Shown here one piece after another: positions 24,555 through 36,416 of a stretch of 64,000 nucleotides of DNA. Location: positions 381,238,001-381,302,000 of the forward strand of contig NC_091287.1 in the NCBI RefSeq assembly GCF_032444005.1, in the 5' to 3' direction. The position numbers were made by a program, and so were the translations under genes. The first letter of the stretch is position 1; each line of letters opens with the position of its first letter. Source of the stretch: Ranitomeya imitator. Lineage: Eukaryota. The notes beneath the pieces are model-generated. The model was not told the origin of the DNA. It made no database searches and worked only from the letters and a program-made list of their open reading frames with translations.

Positions 24555-25367
24555 ATGGATGAAAATATGGACTCTGCCGAAAATGCAGGATTGGAATCAC
24601 ATGGTGTTTTAGCAGGTCGTGAGGGTGCGGTGGAGTTTTTTGCAGATTGCAACCTAAAAGACGAGCTTCAAATTATTAGCACTAAAACCTTGGAAACTAA
24701 AATCTACACGCTTGCCGAAAAGGAGATGCGTTTATTTTGGACAATTAAGTCTTTGAAATCATACATAGAGTGTGATAGAGTCCCTAGAGGCTTACGTGTT
24801 TTTAAAGAAATCTCACAATTCCAGCATGACTCTTCCTTCCAGGAAGAATGGGAAAAAATACATCTGCAATGTTCTCGCAGCCTATTGCACCTAGTAACTG
24901 CTCAGAATGAAAAGGAATATGCACAACTATGCCAGGAATTGGAAAAAGCAAAGTCCGAATTGTCACTAAGATTAACGGAAAATCAGTATAAGAACTTTAC
25001 TAACAAATTAGAAAGAAAACTAACTTTACTACAAATGGAAATTAAACAGCTAAAGAAAGAAAAATTCCTTAGAGATAAAAACGACTTTGATATGGGACAG
25101 GTGTTTACGTGGAACAAAAACAAGAACAAGCAACCTACATTTTTTAATAGGAACCGCAGTTATAAAAGTAACAAGAGTTATAAGAAAAAGAAACAAGATG
25201 GTTGGGTGACCGATTCCGAATCAAGTGCAGCTGAAGAGGCAGGTGAAACGAGTTTGGTAACTCCTGCAAAGAAAGTTCCAGCAATCCCTTTAGAAGCAAA
25301 ATCAGACGAGGGAGAAGAAAGCGCAACTATCAGGAAAAAACGCAAACAGGTTTCATGGAAAAGATAG
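24555..25367 (+). CDS. PLE ORF1, 270-aa coiled-coil/basic protein
   Basis: First ATG after a GT-AG intron (24272-24482). Motifs FWTIKSLKSYIECDRVPRGLR, FQEEWEKIHLQCS and KKEKFLRDKNDFDMGQVFTW, with a basic tail RKKRKQ. Confidence 0.7.
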   Translation: MDENMDSAENAGLESHGVLAGREGAVEFFADCNLKDELQIISTKTLETKIYTLAEKEMRLFWTIKSLKSYIECDRVPRGLRVFKEISQFQHDSSFQEEWEKIHLQCSRSLLHLVTAQNEKEYAQLCQELEKAKSELSLRLTENQYKNFTNKLERKLTLLQMEIKQLKKEKFLRDKNDFDMGQVFTWNKNKNKQPTFFNRNRSYKSNKSYKKKKQDGWVTDSESSAAEEAGETSLVTPAKKVPAIPLEAKSDEGEESATIRKKRKQVSWKR

Positions 25368-27844
25368 TTGAAAAAGAAAAAGACGAGTTGCAAGTATTAA
25401 ATCTGTCTAAAAGAACTCTGAGTGATGACCATATTTCTCTTCTATCTAAAGGATTGAACTTTTGCCTCCCTGAAAACTTCGATCTAACAAGCTTTAAAAT
25501 TGACTTGTTCAAAAATGTGAGAAAACTCCATCTAAAAAAATTTTTTCATAAAGACAAACAACAAACAGTTAATAGCTCTGATTTAAAGCTACAGCAGGAC
25601 ATCTCTTTAGTGTCGGATGAAGATATAGGCTCTCTGGGATTTATGGTGCCATCATCTCAGAACACTGCTGAAATGGACGATTCTATTTTGCTGCTGAGTA
25701 TAAATGATCCTTCTTTATTGCCATCTACTAATATAAAAAATACCATCAGTCCTCAGACAAAACCCTTTAAGGGTGGTAATCAGTCACGGTTTGTCCCTCC
25801 CGTGTCTCCTGGTAACGTTATCGATCTCTTTCAAGAACTAGTAATTAAAGATGTAGAAGCTATTCTATATCAAGCTCCTAGTAAAAATCTAAGTAATAAA
25901 GAACTTCTTGCTTTAAAAGAATTGCAAAAGTGGGATGATATCGTTATCAGGAGAGCGGACAAAGGTGGCAATATAGTAATAATGGATAAGCAATACTATA
26001 TATCTGAAGCCCTCTCACAATTACATGACGAAAACACTTATTGTGTGTTGTCACAAAATCCCACCCAAAATTATAAAACTAAGTTGAGATCTTTACTAAG
26101 AAAATATGTGGAAAAGGGAATATTACCAAAGAAACGTGCTGAAAGTCTCCTCCTTGAATATCCGCAATTTCCCTATTGGTATAGTATACCGAAGGTTCAT
26201 AAGTGCATGAAGGAACCTCCAGGCCGCCCTATAATTTCAGGGATAAATTCTGTTACAGAACCCCTATCACAATATATTGACTGGTTGTTAAAACCATTAC
26301 TTCAATCCATTCCTTCATATATAAAAGACTCAGGAGATCTAGTGCTGGCCTTAAGGGAAATAGATTGGCAACCTACTTTTTCATTGACATCTATTGATGT
26401 AGTAAATCTCTATACCCGTATCCCAAAAGAAAAAGGTATACAGGCGATTCAAAAAATCTTACAAAATAGAAATTTAGACTCTAATATAATTTCTTTTATT
26501 ATGGAAAGCCTGGATTTCATTTTGTCCCATAATTCGTTTAAGTTCATGGATAAATGGTATAAACAATTGATGGGGACTGCCATGGGTACGCCCACTTCAT
26601 GCACTTATGCAAATCTATTTTTGGCTGCCTTCGAAGATACTTATATCAATAATATCAATAACCCTTTTCTGAAATATATCCGCTTCTATGTAAGATTTGT
26701 GGATGATATTATGATAATTTGGGACGGGGATAAAACAGTATTTAATGATTTTGTAAAATACCTTAACGTTTCTAATTCAGAAAATATGATGTTTACCTCT
26801 TGTTTTGGAGCAGACAGTTTAGAATACTTGGATGTAAAAATAGAGATTGTGGACAGCGAAATAGTAACTAAAGTGTTCAGAAAAGAAACCGCAACAAATA
26901 ATATGCTCCATTTTGATAGTGATCATCCAGCCCATACAAAAAGAGGATTGCCATACAGCCAAATGGTTAGATTGCGTAAAATTAATAGTAATAACAAAAT
27001 ATTTGAGGAGCAGATTGATGAATTAAAATCTCGTTTCATTGATAGAGGTTATCCAAAACAAACATTAATAGAAGCAGAAAAACGCATTAAAGAATTCTCC
27101 CAAAAAGATTTTCTGAGTAAAAGGAGTGGAGTAAAACATTCTTTATCAAAAGGAATAATTGGTGCTGAAAAATTCCCCCCATCTTTTCCTTTTTCTTTTT
27201 GTTTTAAACATACCAATTTGGACCAAGCTATTCATGCCTCTATACGTAAAAATTGGCATGTTTTACAAACAGATAAAGATCTGATGTCTATTATTAGTCA
27301 TGCTCCAAAATTCGTATACAAACGAGCACATAATTTATCTGATTTATTAGTACACAATAAAATCTTAGCCACTAAACAAAATTGGTTAACTAATAATGCG
27401 CCAATAGGTAATCATAAATGCGGAAACTGCAGGTTTTGTCATCTCCATGTTACACACAATCCCATTAAAATTGGCTCTATTACACATAAAATTCAGGATT
27501 TTATATCCTGTAAGAGCAAATTTGTCGTGTATGTTCTCTTCTGCCCGTGCCGGTATTTCTACATCGGGAAAACTATAAGACCGCTGATAAAAAGGTTCAC
27601 TGAACACTATAACTCAATTGCTTCAGGAAAAGGCTGTCAGAGATTGATTCAACACATGAGAGAAAAGCACAACGCTAATCCTAATTTATTGCTTTTTGCT
27701 GGTATAGAGATAGTGAAATATCCTTCGCAGGGAGGAGATCAAAATAGACTACTATTGCAGAAAGAAGCCCGGTGGATTCTGAACACTAACGCGCAAGGGC
27801 CAATAGGCTTAAATGACAAATTAGACATGTCGGTATTTCTTTAG
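25355..27844 (+). CDS. PLE ORF2: reverse transcriptase + Cys linker + GIY-YIG endonuclease (829 aa, intact)
   Basis: VLNLSKRTLS...LLSKGLNFC, IRRADKGGNIVI, KVHK...PPGRPIISG, SIDVVNLYT, GTAMGTP, RFVDDI, CGNCRFC, VVYVLFCPCRYFYIGKT...RFTEH, LLQKEARWI...GLN. Confidence 0.96.
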   Translation: MEKIVEKEKDELQVLNLSKRTLSDDHISLLSKGLNFCLPENFDLTSFKIDLFKNVRKLHLKKFFHKDKQQTVNSSDLKLQQDISLVSDEDIGSLGFMVPSSQNTAEMDDSILLLSINDPSLLPSTNIKNTISPQTKPFKGGNQSRFVPPVSPGNVIDLFQELVIKDVEAILYQAPSKNLSNKELLALKELQKWDDIVIRRADKGGNIVIMDKQYYISEALSQLHDENTYCVLSQNPTQNYKTKLRSLLRKYVEKGILPKKRAESLLLEYPQFPYWYSIPKVHKCMKEPPGRPIISGINSVTEPLSQYIDWLLKPLLQSIPSYIKDSGDLVLALREIDWQPTFSLTSIDVVNLYTRIPKEKGIQAIQKILQNRNLDSNIISFIMESLDFILSHNSFKFMDKWYKQLMGTAMGTPTSCTYANLFLAAFEDTYINNINNPFLKYIRFYVRFVDDIMIIWDGDKTVFNDFVKYLNVSNSENMMFTSCFGADSLEYLDVKIEIVDSEIVTKVFRKETATNNMLHFDSDHPAHTKRGLPYSQMVRLRKINSNNKIFEEQIDELKSRFIDRGYPKQTLIEAEKRIKEFSQKDFLSKRSGVKHSLSKGIIGAEKFPPSFPFSFCFKHTNLDQAIHASIRKNWHVLQTDKDLMSIISHAPKFVYKRAHNLSDLLVHNKILATKQNWLTNNAPIGNHKCGNCRFCHLHVTHNPIKIGSITHKIQDFISCKSKFVVYVLFCPCRYFYIGKTIRPLIKRFTEHYNSIASGKGCQRLIQHMREKHNANPNLLLFAGIEIVKYPSQGGDQNRLLLQKEARWILNTNAQGPIGLNDKLDMSVFL

Positions 27845-28120
27845 TATAAGAGGTTTTTATGCTTCTGAATGAAAAAAGTAAAACGTTTAAAAAATATTTA
27901 ATAATATTTAATTACATATGGAAATGTTATTACTATATAATAATTAAGCAAGTCTGAAACAACTTTTAGTGTTGCAATATTGCAATTTGATTACTGTTTA
28001 TTAATGTATATTATTTGCACAATTTCACTTAGTTCATGTGTAGGTGAATATGCACTGTTGTTATTGTATTCACACGTCGGGAACCCTTTATAAGGAAATG
28101 ACGTTTAGTAATCAGTGAAC

Positions 28121-28163
28121 TGGACCCGTTGAAGCACATACCGTGCGAAACGGCCGTCGTCCA
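28121..28163 (+). ncRNA. Second copy of the hammerhead-like motif
   Basis: Identical to 24136-24178, 3985 bp downstream. Confidence 0.6.
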
Positions 28164-31100
28164 CACTCCACCTCCGCACCCTCTCGCTGACCTGATGTCC
28201 TAATGGATTTTTTTTCTCCAATAAAGAGCACGATTTCATAGCTTCATATAATAAGGGTGAGTGCCGCACTGTTTTCTTTCTTGTTTCATCGTATTTACTC
28301 TGGATTGCCTATCAGTGCTGAGCACCATATACCCAGAACATACGTGCCACCTGCATATTTCTCGGATGTTCTCTAAAGAGTATATTTCCATATTGATTTG
28401 TGCTTCTCTAGTGCCGTCCTTTGCTCATTCTGTGTGTTGGGTTGTTTTTTTATTTTGCCATCATTCATAGTAATTACAAGGACTGTTGAATCACGTAAAG
28501 ACATCACAGACAAGTGTTGTTTCCAATTGGTCTAAAGGTGCAGGTAAATTACAGAAATCGATGTATAAAGCAACCCCCGAGTTGCTGTGAATATTCAAGA
28601 TCTCCTTATGCGGTCAATAACTAAAACCCAACTTTATTGCCATCGCATTAACATCAGTCCTCGTCATGTAATATACAACAGTCCAGAAAAACGGCAAACA
28701 ACTGTTAAAATCAACGAGAAATTGAAAACGCAAGATAGGACTACAGAGTTTGTTGTTATACTGTACAATTTATTCCTAAAACTGGGAGAAACTCCTTTTT
28801 AAGAAAGTTACTTTTTTAAGGCTTCATGCACATAGCAGAGCTGTACAGAGGGAGATGGTACATAGCAACCCATACCGGGTCTAATAACAGATGGTACATG
28901 GGATCCTTTGCTTGGCTGCTGTGACAATGGATTGCATAGTATAAGGGGGAGGGTGGGTAACCACGTAGCAGGGGTTTCCTCCCTTTATTCAACTACTTAG
29001 ATGCTGTGGTTACCATTGATTGTGGCGTCTAAGGTCTTAAAACGTCAGGGACTGGTAATGACTGATCCCCGCTGCTCCGGTAGGGTGCCAGATGTAACCC
29101 TGCAGCAAAGGCCATCGAGCCAATTCCATCCCTGCACTCCTGTATGTTGCAGTGCGAATAGGTCTCACAACATGCTGCACTGACCATGTACTTCACAAAG
29201 CACTGACGGGAAAGAAGGGGTTAATAGCTCTTGTAAAATACACAGTAAATGAGATACACAAGAGAAGCAAGACAGCTGATGAGAGCTATAAAAAGCTTAA
29301 ATTAGAATTTTTCATGAACTCCAGTGGAAATATTCTAACTAACCTCCAAGGGGATCAGCAATCAGATCTGTGCACATCTCAGGAACGTCAGCGATACACT
29401 CCACAAGCCGTATGTACGCCCGGCTGTACTTGGGTCCAGGGCACTTTACATGGAGGATGTTGTGCTCAGTCAACGGTTGCATTACACCACTGCCAGTAGA
29501 TACTCATTAGCTCCTACTGGTGGGAAGAGCCATCACTGTGATAAGCATGCTGGGTTCAAATAAGGCAGAGATGATACATTTCTGGACTGTATTCATTTGA
29601 ATGGGGTATGTCGAAATCTTAAAAACACCACTTCAGATGCATGGAATGTTATTTTTTTTTCCAGTAGCTAAATTTTCAGAAGCAAAGGAGCCACTTGTGC
29701 CATCTACATATGCACCTCACAAGATTAAATATTGTTCCAATGATGAAAATACAAGACAGGAAAAATAATTCATTGATGATAGCTTAATGACAACGTGGTA
29801 AAAACCTGCAGTCAATAACTAAGGGAAAAACCATACAGATAATTTACGGTACCTATACAAAACACTTCAACAGAATCACAGCTAAAAGCAAGTAATGCAA
29901 CAGGAAACACAGCAAGTGTTCGGATGTAAATCTAGCTAACCTCCGTATGACGCCTCACATAGGCACCATTGAAACTAGAAAAGATTTTCTGCAGTGAAAC
30001 ACATCCAAAAACAGATTCTGAAAATATAACGTATGACAAAGGATCGCAGAGCACACAGGGCGAGGACAATGAGAGCAGATGCTCAGCAGCAAAAATTCTA
30101 GGGACATTCCCACCTTGCAAAAGGAACAAAAGACTGCTTATGTATGCACATACATCCTCTATATGCAGCCATTCGCTTCACCGAGCAATTTCTCTCCTGT
30201 GCTGTAGTATTTGCTACAGACATCATGTTTGGTTATTGACATTTTTACTTCCATCTCCTAGGAATTAAATATTTGGATAATAAATAATAACTGCATCTCC
30301 AATTTATGCTTATTTGCATTCATAGAGCAAATTACAATTTCACTACTGAACTTGCAGACATGACACAGAAGTGAGTGTTTGCCAAGTGCCTTCATCCAGA
30401 ATGAAATCACACGCTAATGAAGCTGAGGAACCTAAAATATCCTCGTTAATCATCTTTCACCTTTACTGATGGATCTCTGTTACACAAAAGGTCGGGTTCA
30501 CTTTTTAAAACAGAGCTATGACAGAATGTCAGCATTAGTGAGGAAGGGGGCACATGTCCTGTGTCATCGGTTACTAGAACGAAAAGGCCAGAATGATCCT
30601 CTGGTCCTATGCCCCCAATTCATCATGGCTTGATGAATACTGCACTGGAGTAAGCCCCAAATTCATAAAGAAGCGTGCACTCCTAAATTAATTTAGCACA
30701 TCTCTCTGCTGCCATGTGCCAGCGCAATACACGTTCTACAGTTTCAGACTTGAGAACATGTGTTGTAATTTACACCACTTTTGTGGCATAAATTGAGATA
30801 AATTTGCTGAGCTCATTCCCTCAAAACTTTAACCACTTTCTAAAATTATGGCTAAGACTGGAGTAAAAAAAACAAAAAAACAAAGACGCAAAAAACTTTT
30901 GCATCTGAGTTGCACAAAAATTGTGAGGAATTGGGGCCTATGCCTTCAGACAAACATCTTCACTTCTTGATTTTATCAAAAAAGCAAATAAGAAAAACTC
31001 CCAGCTATGACTAGTCAGAAGTCACATAAAAAGTAACCCGTTTAGGGCATATTCAAGCAATCGCTTCAAAGATGGGATCGGTCTTTCCTGGATGAAGCAG

Positions 31101-32052
31101 AAGTGGTTGCAGTCTGTGGCATGCACCTTGTGTATTATTTGGCACCACTCTTTCAGAGTCCATTGGGTACACAGGCCAAGTTCACCGGGAGAATTTCACT
31201 GCAGTGAATTCGCCTCTGCACCGTGAGACTTTCTCCTCATTGTGCTAGCAGAAATCTCACCGAGGTCACTGCAGTTCAGCCCGGCTGGGAACGAAGCCAC
31301 AGTGACAGGAGGTAACCTTGATGACGTCACTGCTAGTCACTGACTCTGTGCTTGCAGCAGATCATTTCTCAGTGGTTCTCAGCCTGGACAGTTGCATCTT
31401 GGCACTGTCCAAGTTAAAAACTATTTATCCCCAGACATGGATTACGACATGGGACAGAACGACAGACAGGAGAGGGATATTGTTTTTTTCTTTTTGTTTT
31501 ATTACAGGAGATAAGGGATTCAATGGAATGGACGTTAGGCAAGTATAACTGTTATTCTTAAATAAAAAAGGAAAAAAGTGTGGTTCGTTTTTATTTCAAA
31601 TAAAAGACTTCATTCTGGCTGTGTGTTTATTTACACTAGAACGATAGGATTAGTAATGGGCAGGGAATCTTATAGATGCCTCTCCATTACTAATCCTTAG
31701 GCTTGATGCCACCAGACAATACAAAGGTGACAAGTCACCCCAAAAATATGAACCCCACCTGCCAGTGGGAAGAGTTGGGAAAAGAGCAAGAATTGGCGCA
31801 TCTAATAGATGTGCCTTTTCTCGGGCGGCTGTGGGCTGTTATTTTTATACTGGGTGGCCAAAATGCACGGCCCCTTATCCTGAGAACAACAGCCCCAGCT
31901 GTCTGCTTTAGCAAGGCTGGTTGTCAAAAACGAGGGGGCGGGGTGTTTGAGGTTACTTGATGCAACCTCATTGCTGAATAGATAGATATGTGTAGGGAGA
32001 AAGCTGGGGGCGGGAGAACACAGCAGGGTCCACCTTGGTGACTAGTTCTAAA

Positions 32053-32601
32053 GGTACCTTCACACAACGATTTCGTTAACGATATCGTTGCTTTTTGTGA
32101 CGTAGCAACGATATTGTTAACTAAATCATTATACGTGACAGCGACCAACGATCAGGCCCCTGCTGGGAGATCGTTGGTCGCTGGGAATGATCAGGACCTT
32201 TTTTTTTTGCTCGCTAATCACCCGCTGTCATTGCTGGATCGGCGTGTGTGACACCGATCCAACGATGTGTTCACTGGTAATAAAAGTAAATATCGGGTTA
32301 CTAAGCGCAGGGCCGCGCTTAGTAACCCAATGTTTACCCTGGTTACCATTGTAAAAGTTAAAAAAAAACCAAACACTACATACTTACCTTCCGGTGTCTG
32401 TCACGTCCCCCAGCGTCGGCTTCCCACACTGACTGTCAGCGCCAGCCGGCCGTAAAGCAGAGCACAGCGGTGACGTCACCGCTGTGCTCTGCTTTACGGC
32501 CGGCGCCGCTGACACAGTGCAGGGAAGCTGACGCCGGGGGACGTGACAGACACCGGAATTTAAGTATGTACTGTTTGTTTTTTTTAACTTTTACAATGGT
32601 A
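32053..32601. mobile_element. Truncated palindromic MITE (ggtaccttcacac family)
   Basis: Left TIR at 32053; palindrome centre gcggtgacgtcaccgc ~32468-32483; right arm stops ~32601. Confidence 0.65.
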
Positions 32602-32789
32602 AAAACACAGACTTCAGTTTAGCAACACCATAAACGCATTCATCTACTTTCCCAGAAGTGTTTGGATCTCCATTAAAGAGTGTCTGTCAATCCTCCTGAC
32701 ATGTCAATGTTTAGTAAATTGAAAAATAATTTGGGATTTTTTTTTTATGTTCCTATGATGCCTCTTAAGATATTTCTGAGTACATTACC

Positions 32790-33319
32790 AACTGGTTTTG
32801 CCTCTTTGACAAAGGAGTGGTGTCTAAACCAGTACTGTGACATTGGTGTCCACTTATATAGAATCGGAATAAAATGGACAGACTCCAAAAATATATAATA
32901 CATTGGGTACAGTAATTCAATGTAGTATGTGCTGAAAATTTTCTCAAGAATTTGGGAAAGTTATGGAGTGTCCTATAAATGTCTTGTGTTCCTAATCTAA
33001 GGATCTCGGCTTTTTAGTGGAGATGAATCTCTGCTGTACTTTATGCACCAGGAAGGAATGCCGGCACCAGGAAGGAATGCCGGCACCAGGAAGGAATGCC
33101 GGCACCAGGAAGGAATGCCGGCACTTATCTCAGAACTGCTAGGGTGAACAGGAAAACAGGATTAAGGTAAGTAAAAAGCTTGATTTTTGTATCATTATGG
33201 TGATGAAAAGACTCCTACCATTTTACTCAAACAGGAGCAATGTATGAGGGAATCGGAGTTGAGCCAGGGAAATTGAGGAGGCAGAGTGGGAAGTTTGGCT
33301 TACCGACTTCACAGCCCTG
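32790..33319. mobile_element. Degenerate hAT-like element remnant containing a 19-bp x4 tandem repeat (33046-33124)
   Basis: Ends ccgacttcacagccctg; similar to 12725-13010; repeat unit caccaggaaggaatgccgg. Confidence 0.45.
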
Positions 33320-34015
33320 GTCTAAACAGCAATAAAGGGACAATGACCAATTCCCCAATGTATTCTTATAAATTTATAATTTATTTACGTTTTTCCAGGA
33401 GGTGATTAATTATTTTTTTTTTAAGTTTCAACTGTCATTTGGGGTTTTTAAGGAGAAGAAAAAAAAAAAAAAATGATAACGTTTTGGTTCTCAGCTGTTT
33501 CGCTATTGAGACTTCTCAGCTGGGAGGTAACAATGTGGGTAGAGTATGGGAGTTTCAGCATGGAGATATAAGGAAACTGCTTTTTGCTTCCTAGTGGTCT
33601 TTAGTGTGATGTGAATGTGGCATCTGGTTACAGTATGTAGTGACAGACTCAAATTAACTATTTAAAGGCAACAGGTTGCTTTAGCTGCATTATACACGGT
33701 GGCATCTTATTAAACGGCTAATAACTACCAATATCTACACTACGGCAAAGTTTATGCTCCTTAGTTGGAGAGGAGGTAAATCTTTGCCCAATTTGCATTT
33801 CATTAATTTACCTTTGGTGAGTTTATACAACCACTGGCAAAAATTATGGAATCACCAGCCTTTGAGGATGTTCATTCAGCTGACTGTGAACAACCAACAT
33901 CTTTTGCAACATTGTGTGATGATTTACCCTCTTTTAAGAGTTTGATAATCCTCTCCTTTGTTTCAATTGACATCTCTCGTGTTGGAGCCATGATTCATGT
34001 CAGTCCACTTGGTGC

Positions 34016-34754
34016 CTCACAGATATAATGATGGCGTGCACTCAGTCAGAATTTGCGAGGTGCTGGTGTAATGGATCAGTAGACCCTGGGTACTAATAAA
34101 TATGTATACACCGCACACTCCAATGACGTGTGATTTACACTTAAATATTTATTAGTCACAAAATAAATTTGGATAGGGGAGCGAAACAGAAATATAGTGC
34201 TGGAAGCGATATATAAAGCAAACGTTTCGGCTCAACCAGAGCCTTATTCATTGAATCGCTTATCCACAAGAAGTAGAGTGAAGCGGAAAGGGTAGATATC
34301 CCTCAGTGCCAAGATTACGGCTATAGCTGAGGTATAGATTATGAGTCCTCAAGGGTGCTGGCCCGAAAGATATGTTGTAGCCTGCAGAGTAGTGGATATA
34401 AGCGGCACTCCCGCTATGTCCATAGCAAGGCACGGGAGCGCCGCTTATATCCACTCCTCTGCAGGCTACAACATATCTTTCGGGCCAGCACCCTTGAGGA
34501 CTCATAATCTATACCTCAGCTATAGCCGTAATCTTGGCACTGAGGGATATCTACCCTTTCCGCTTCACTCTACTTCTTGTGGATAAGCGATTCAATGAAT
34601 AAGGCTCTGGTTGAGCCGAAACGTTTGCTTTATATATCGCTTCCAGCACTATATTTCTGTTTCGCTCCCCTATCCAAATTTATTTTGTGACTAATAAATA
34701 TTTAAGTGTAAATCACACGTTGTCATTGGAGTGTGCGGTGTATACATATTTATT
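34016..34754 (-). mobile_element. Non-coding Penelope-type insertion forming a ~320-bp inverted repeat
   Basis: TSD agtccacttggtgc (34002-34015, 34755-34768); arms 34092-34413 and 34433-34757; pLTR-like motif tgaataaggctctggttgagccgaaacgtt. Confidence 0.6.
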
Positions 34755-34903
34755 AGTCCACTTGGTGCAACAGCTCTCCAGGGTGTGATCACTCCTTTTT
34801 AGATGCAGACTAACGAGCAGATCTAATTTGATGCATGGTGATTCCATAATTTTTTCCTCAGAATTGAACGATTCCATAATTTTTTCCCTATATGCTTAGT
34901 TAA

Positions 34904-35783
34904 AGGGAACCTGTCACCCCGTTTTTTCAGATTGAGCTATAAATACTGTTAAATAGGGCCTGCGCTGTGTGTTACTATAGTGTATGTAGTGTACCCTGAT
35001 TCCCCATGTATGCTGAGAAATACATTACCAAAGTCGCCGTTTTTGCCTGTCAATCAGGCTGGTCAGGTCGGGTGGGCGTGTTCACAGCGCTCTTTTCTTC
35101 CCCAGCTTTCCGTTGGTGGCGTAGTGGTGTGCGCATGTCCAATTTCCGAATTCCCTGCGCCCACGTGAAGACACAGCGCGCGATCTGCGCTGTCATCCCT
35201 TTCATCGGTGGGGCGGCCATCTTCCTGGGGCCGCGCGTGCGCAGATGGAGTGCTCTGCTGCACGGGGCTTCAGGAAAATGGCCGCGGGATGCCGCGCGTG
35301 CGCACAAGAGATCGCGGCGGCCATTTTCCCAAAGCCGAGTTTGCATCTCGGCTTTGGGAAAATGGCCGCCGCGATCTCTTGTGCGCACGCGCGGCATCCC
35401 GCGGCCATTTTCCTGAAGCCCCGTGCAGCAGAGTACTCCATCTGCGCACGCGCGGCCCCAGGAAGATGGCCGCCCCCACCGATGAAAGGGATGACAGCGC
35501 AGATCGCGCGCTGTGTCTTCACGTGGGCGCAGGGAATTCGGAAATTGGACATGCGCACACCACTACGCCACCAACGGAAAGCTGGGGAAGAAAAGAGCGC
35601 TGTGAACACGCCCACCCGACCTGACCAGCCTGATTGACAGGCAAAAACGGCGACTTTGGTAATGTATTTCTCAGCATACATGGGGAATCAGGGTACACTA
35701 CATACACTATAGTAACACACAGCGCAGGCCCTATTTAACAGTATTTATAGCTCAATCTGAAAAAACGGGGTGACAGGTTCCCT
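34904..35783. mobile_element. Kolobok/T2-like MITE, near-perfect 880-bp palindrome
   Basis: TTAA TSD (34900-34903, 35784-35787); agggaacctgtcacc termini; apex loop 35340-35346. Confidence 0.88.
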
Positions 35784-36416
35784 TTAAAAAAGTAACCATT
35801 ACTGACTACCACATTTTTTGTTCTTGATTTCTTTTAGTGTTTCTTAAAGCCAGAAAGTTGCCATTTGAAGTGACTTTAGTTTTGTGCCATGTCTGATCTT
35901 TTTTTTTTCTACAAAATTAAACAACTGAATGAACATCCTCCAAGACCGGTGATTCCATAATTTTTGCCAGAGGTTGTAGTATCATGCTCATATATGGGAC
36001 TGTTGGACCCAACACAAGTTTTCTGAATGGTTCTGTCTTTTCACAAATGAAATGAAGGTACAAAAAAGGAGCTTTATTTATGGAGACTTCACACACCGAG
36101 GTTTCACTGCTATTTTTTTCCTGCCAGCTTCTTTTTCCTATGCAACTACAGAGCGCTTTGAGGATGCCGAATTTTGACCAGTTTATGGTATTTTTGCTTC
36201 CATAGATCTCCCATGGTGTTTAGTTCTTGCTTACAAAAACTTGTAAAAAAAAAAATAAAAAAATAAAAAAACGCGACCACTGCAACCAATAAGGGACTTG
36301 ATAGTGACGTGCTGGTCATTCCTACAGCACTCACATGCATCTTTGAACTGAAACGGAAGTATAGCGAGAGCTGTGGCCAATGGGGAAGGGAGTATTATTT
36401 AGGGATTATTCTTTAA

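Larger units (their letters stand above)
20648..28440 (+). mobile_element. Penelope-like element (Neptune-type) composite insertion: inverted copy + partial tandem copy + full-length unit
   Basis: 16-bp TSD gttgtttttttatttt at 20632-20647 and 28441-28456; 20648-22932 is the reverse complement of 26007-28291; 22931-24455 repeats 26948-28440. Confidence 0.93.
33828..35976. mobile_element. Tc1-derived non-autonomous element carrying two nested insertions
   Basis: TIR caaccactggcaaaaattatggaatcacc / ggtgattccataatttttgccagaggttg; TA at 33826-33827 and 35977-35978. Confidence 0.85.

Noticed and set aside
34980-35707. Paired ORFs on both strands (130-159 aa)
   Set aside because: Mirror-image open frames of a GC-rich palindromic MITE; likewise at 11796-12273, 17231-17923 and 51835-52249.
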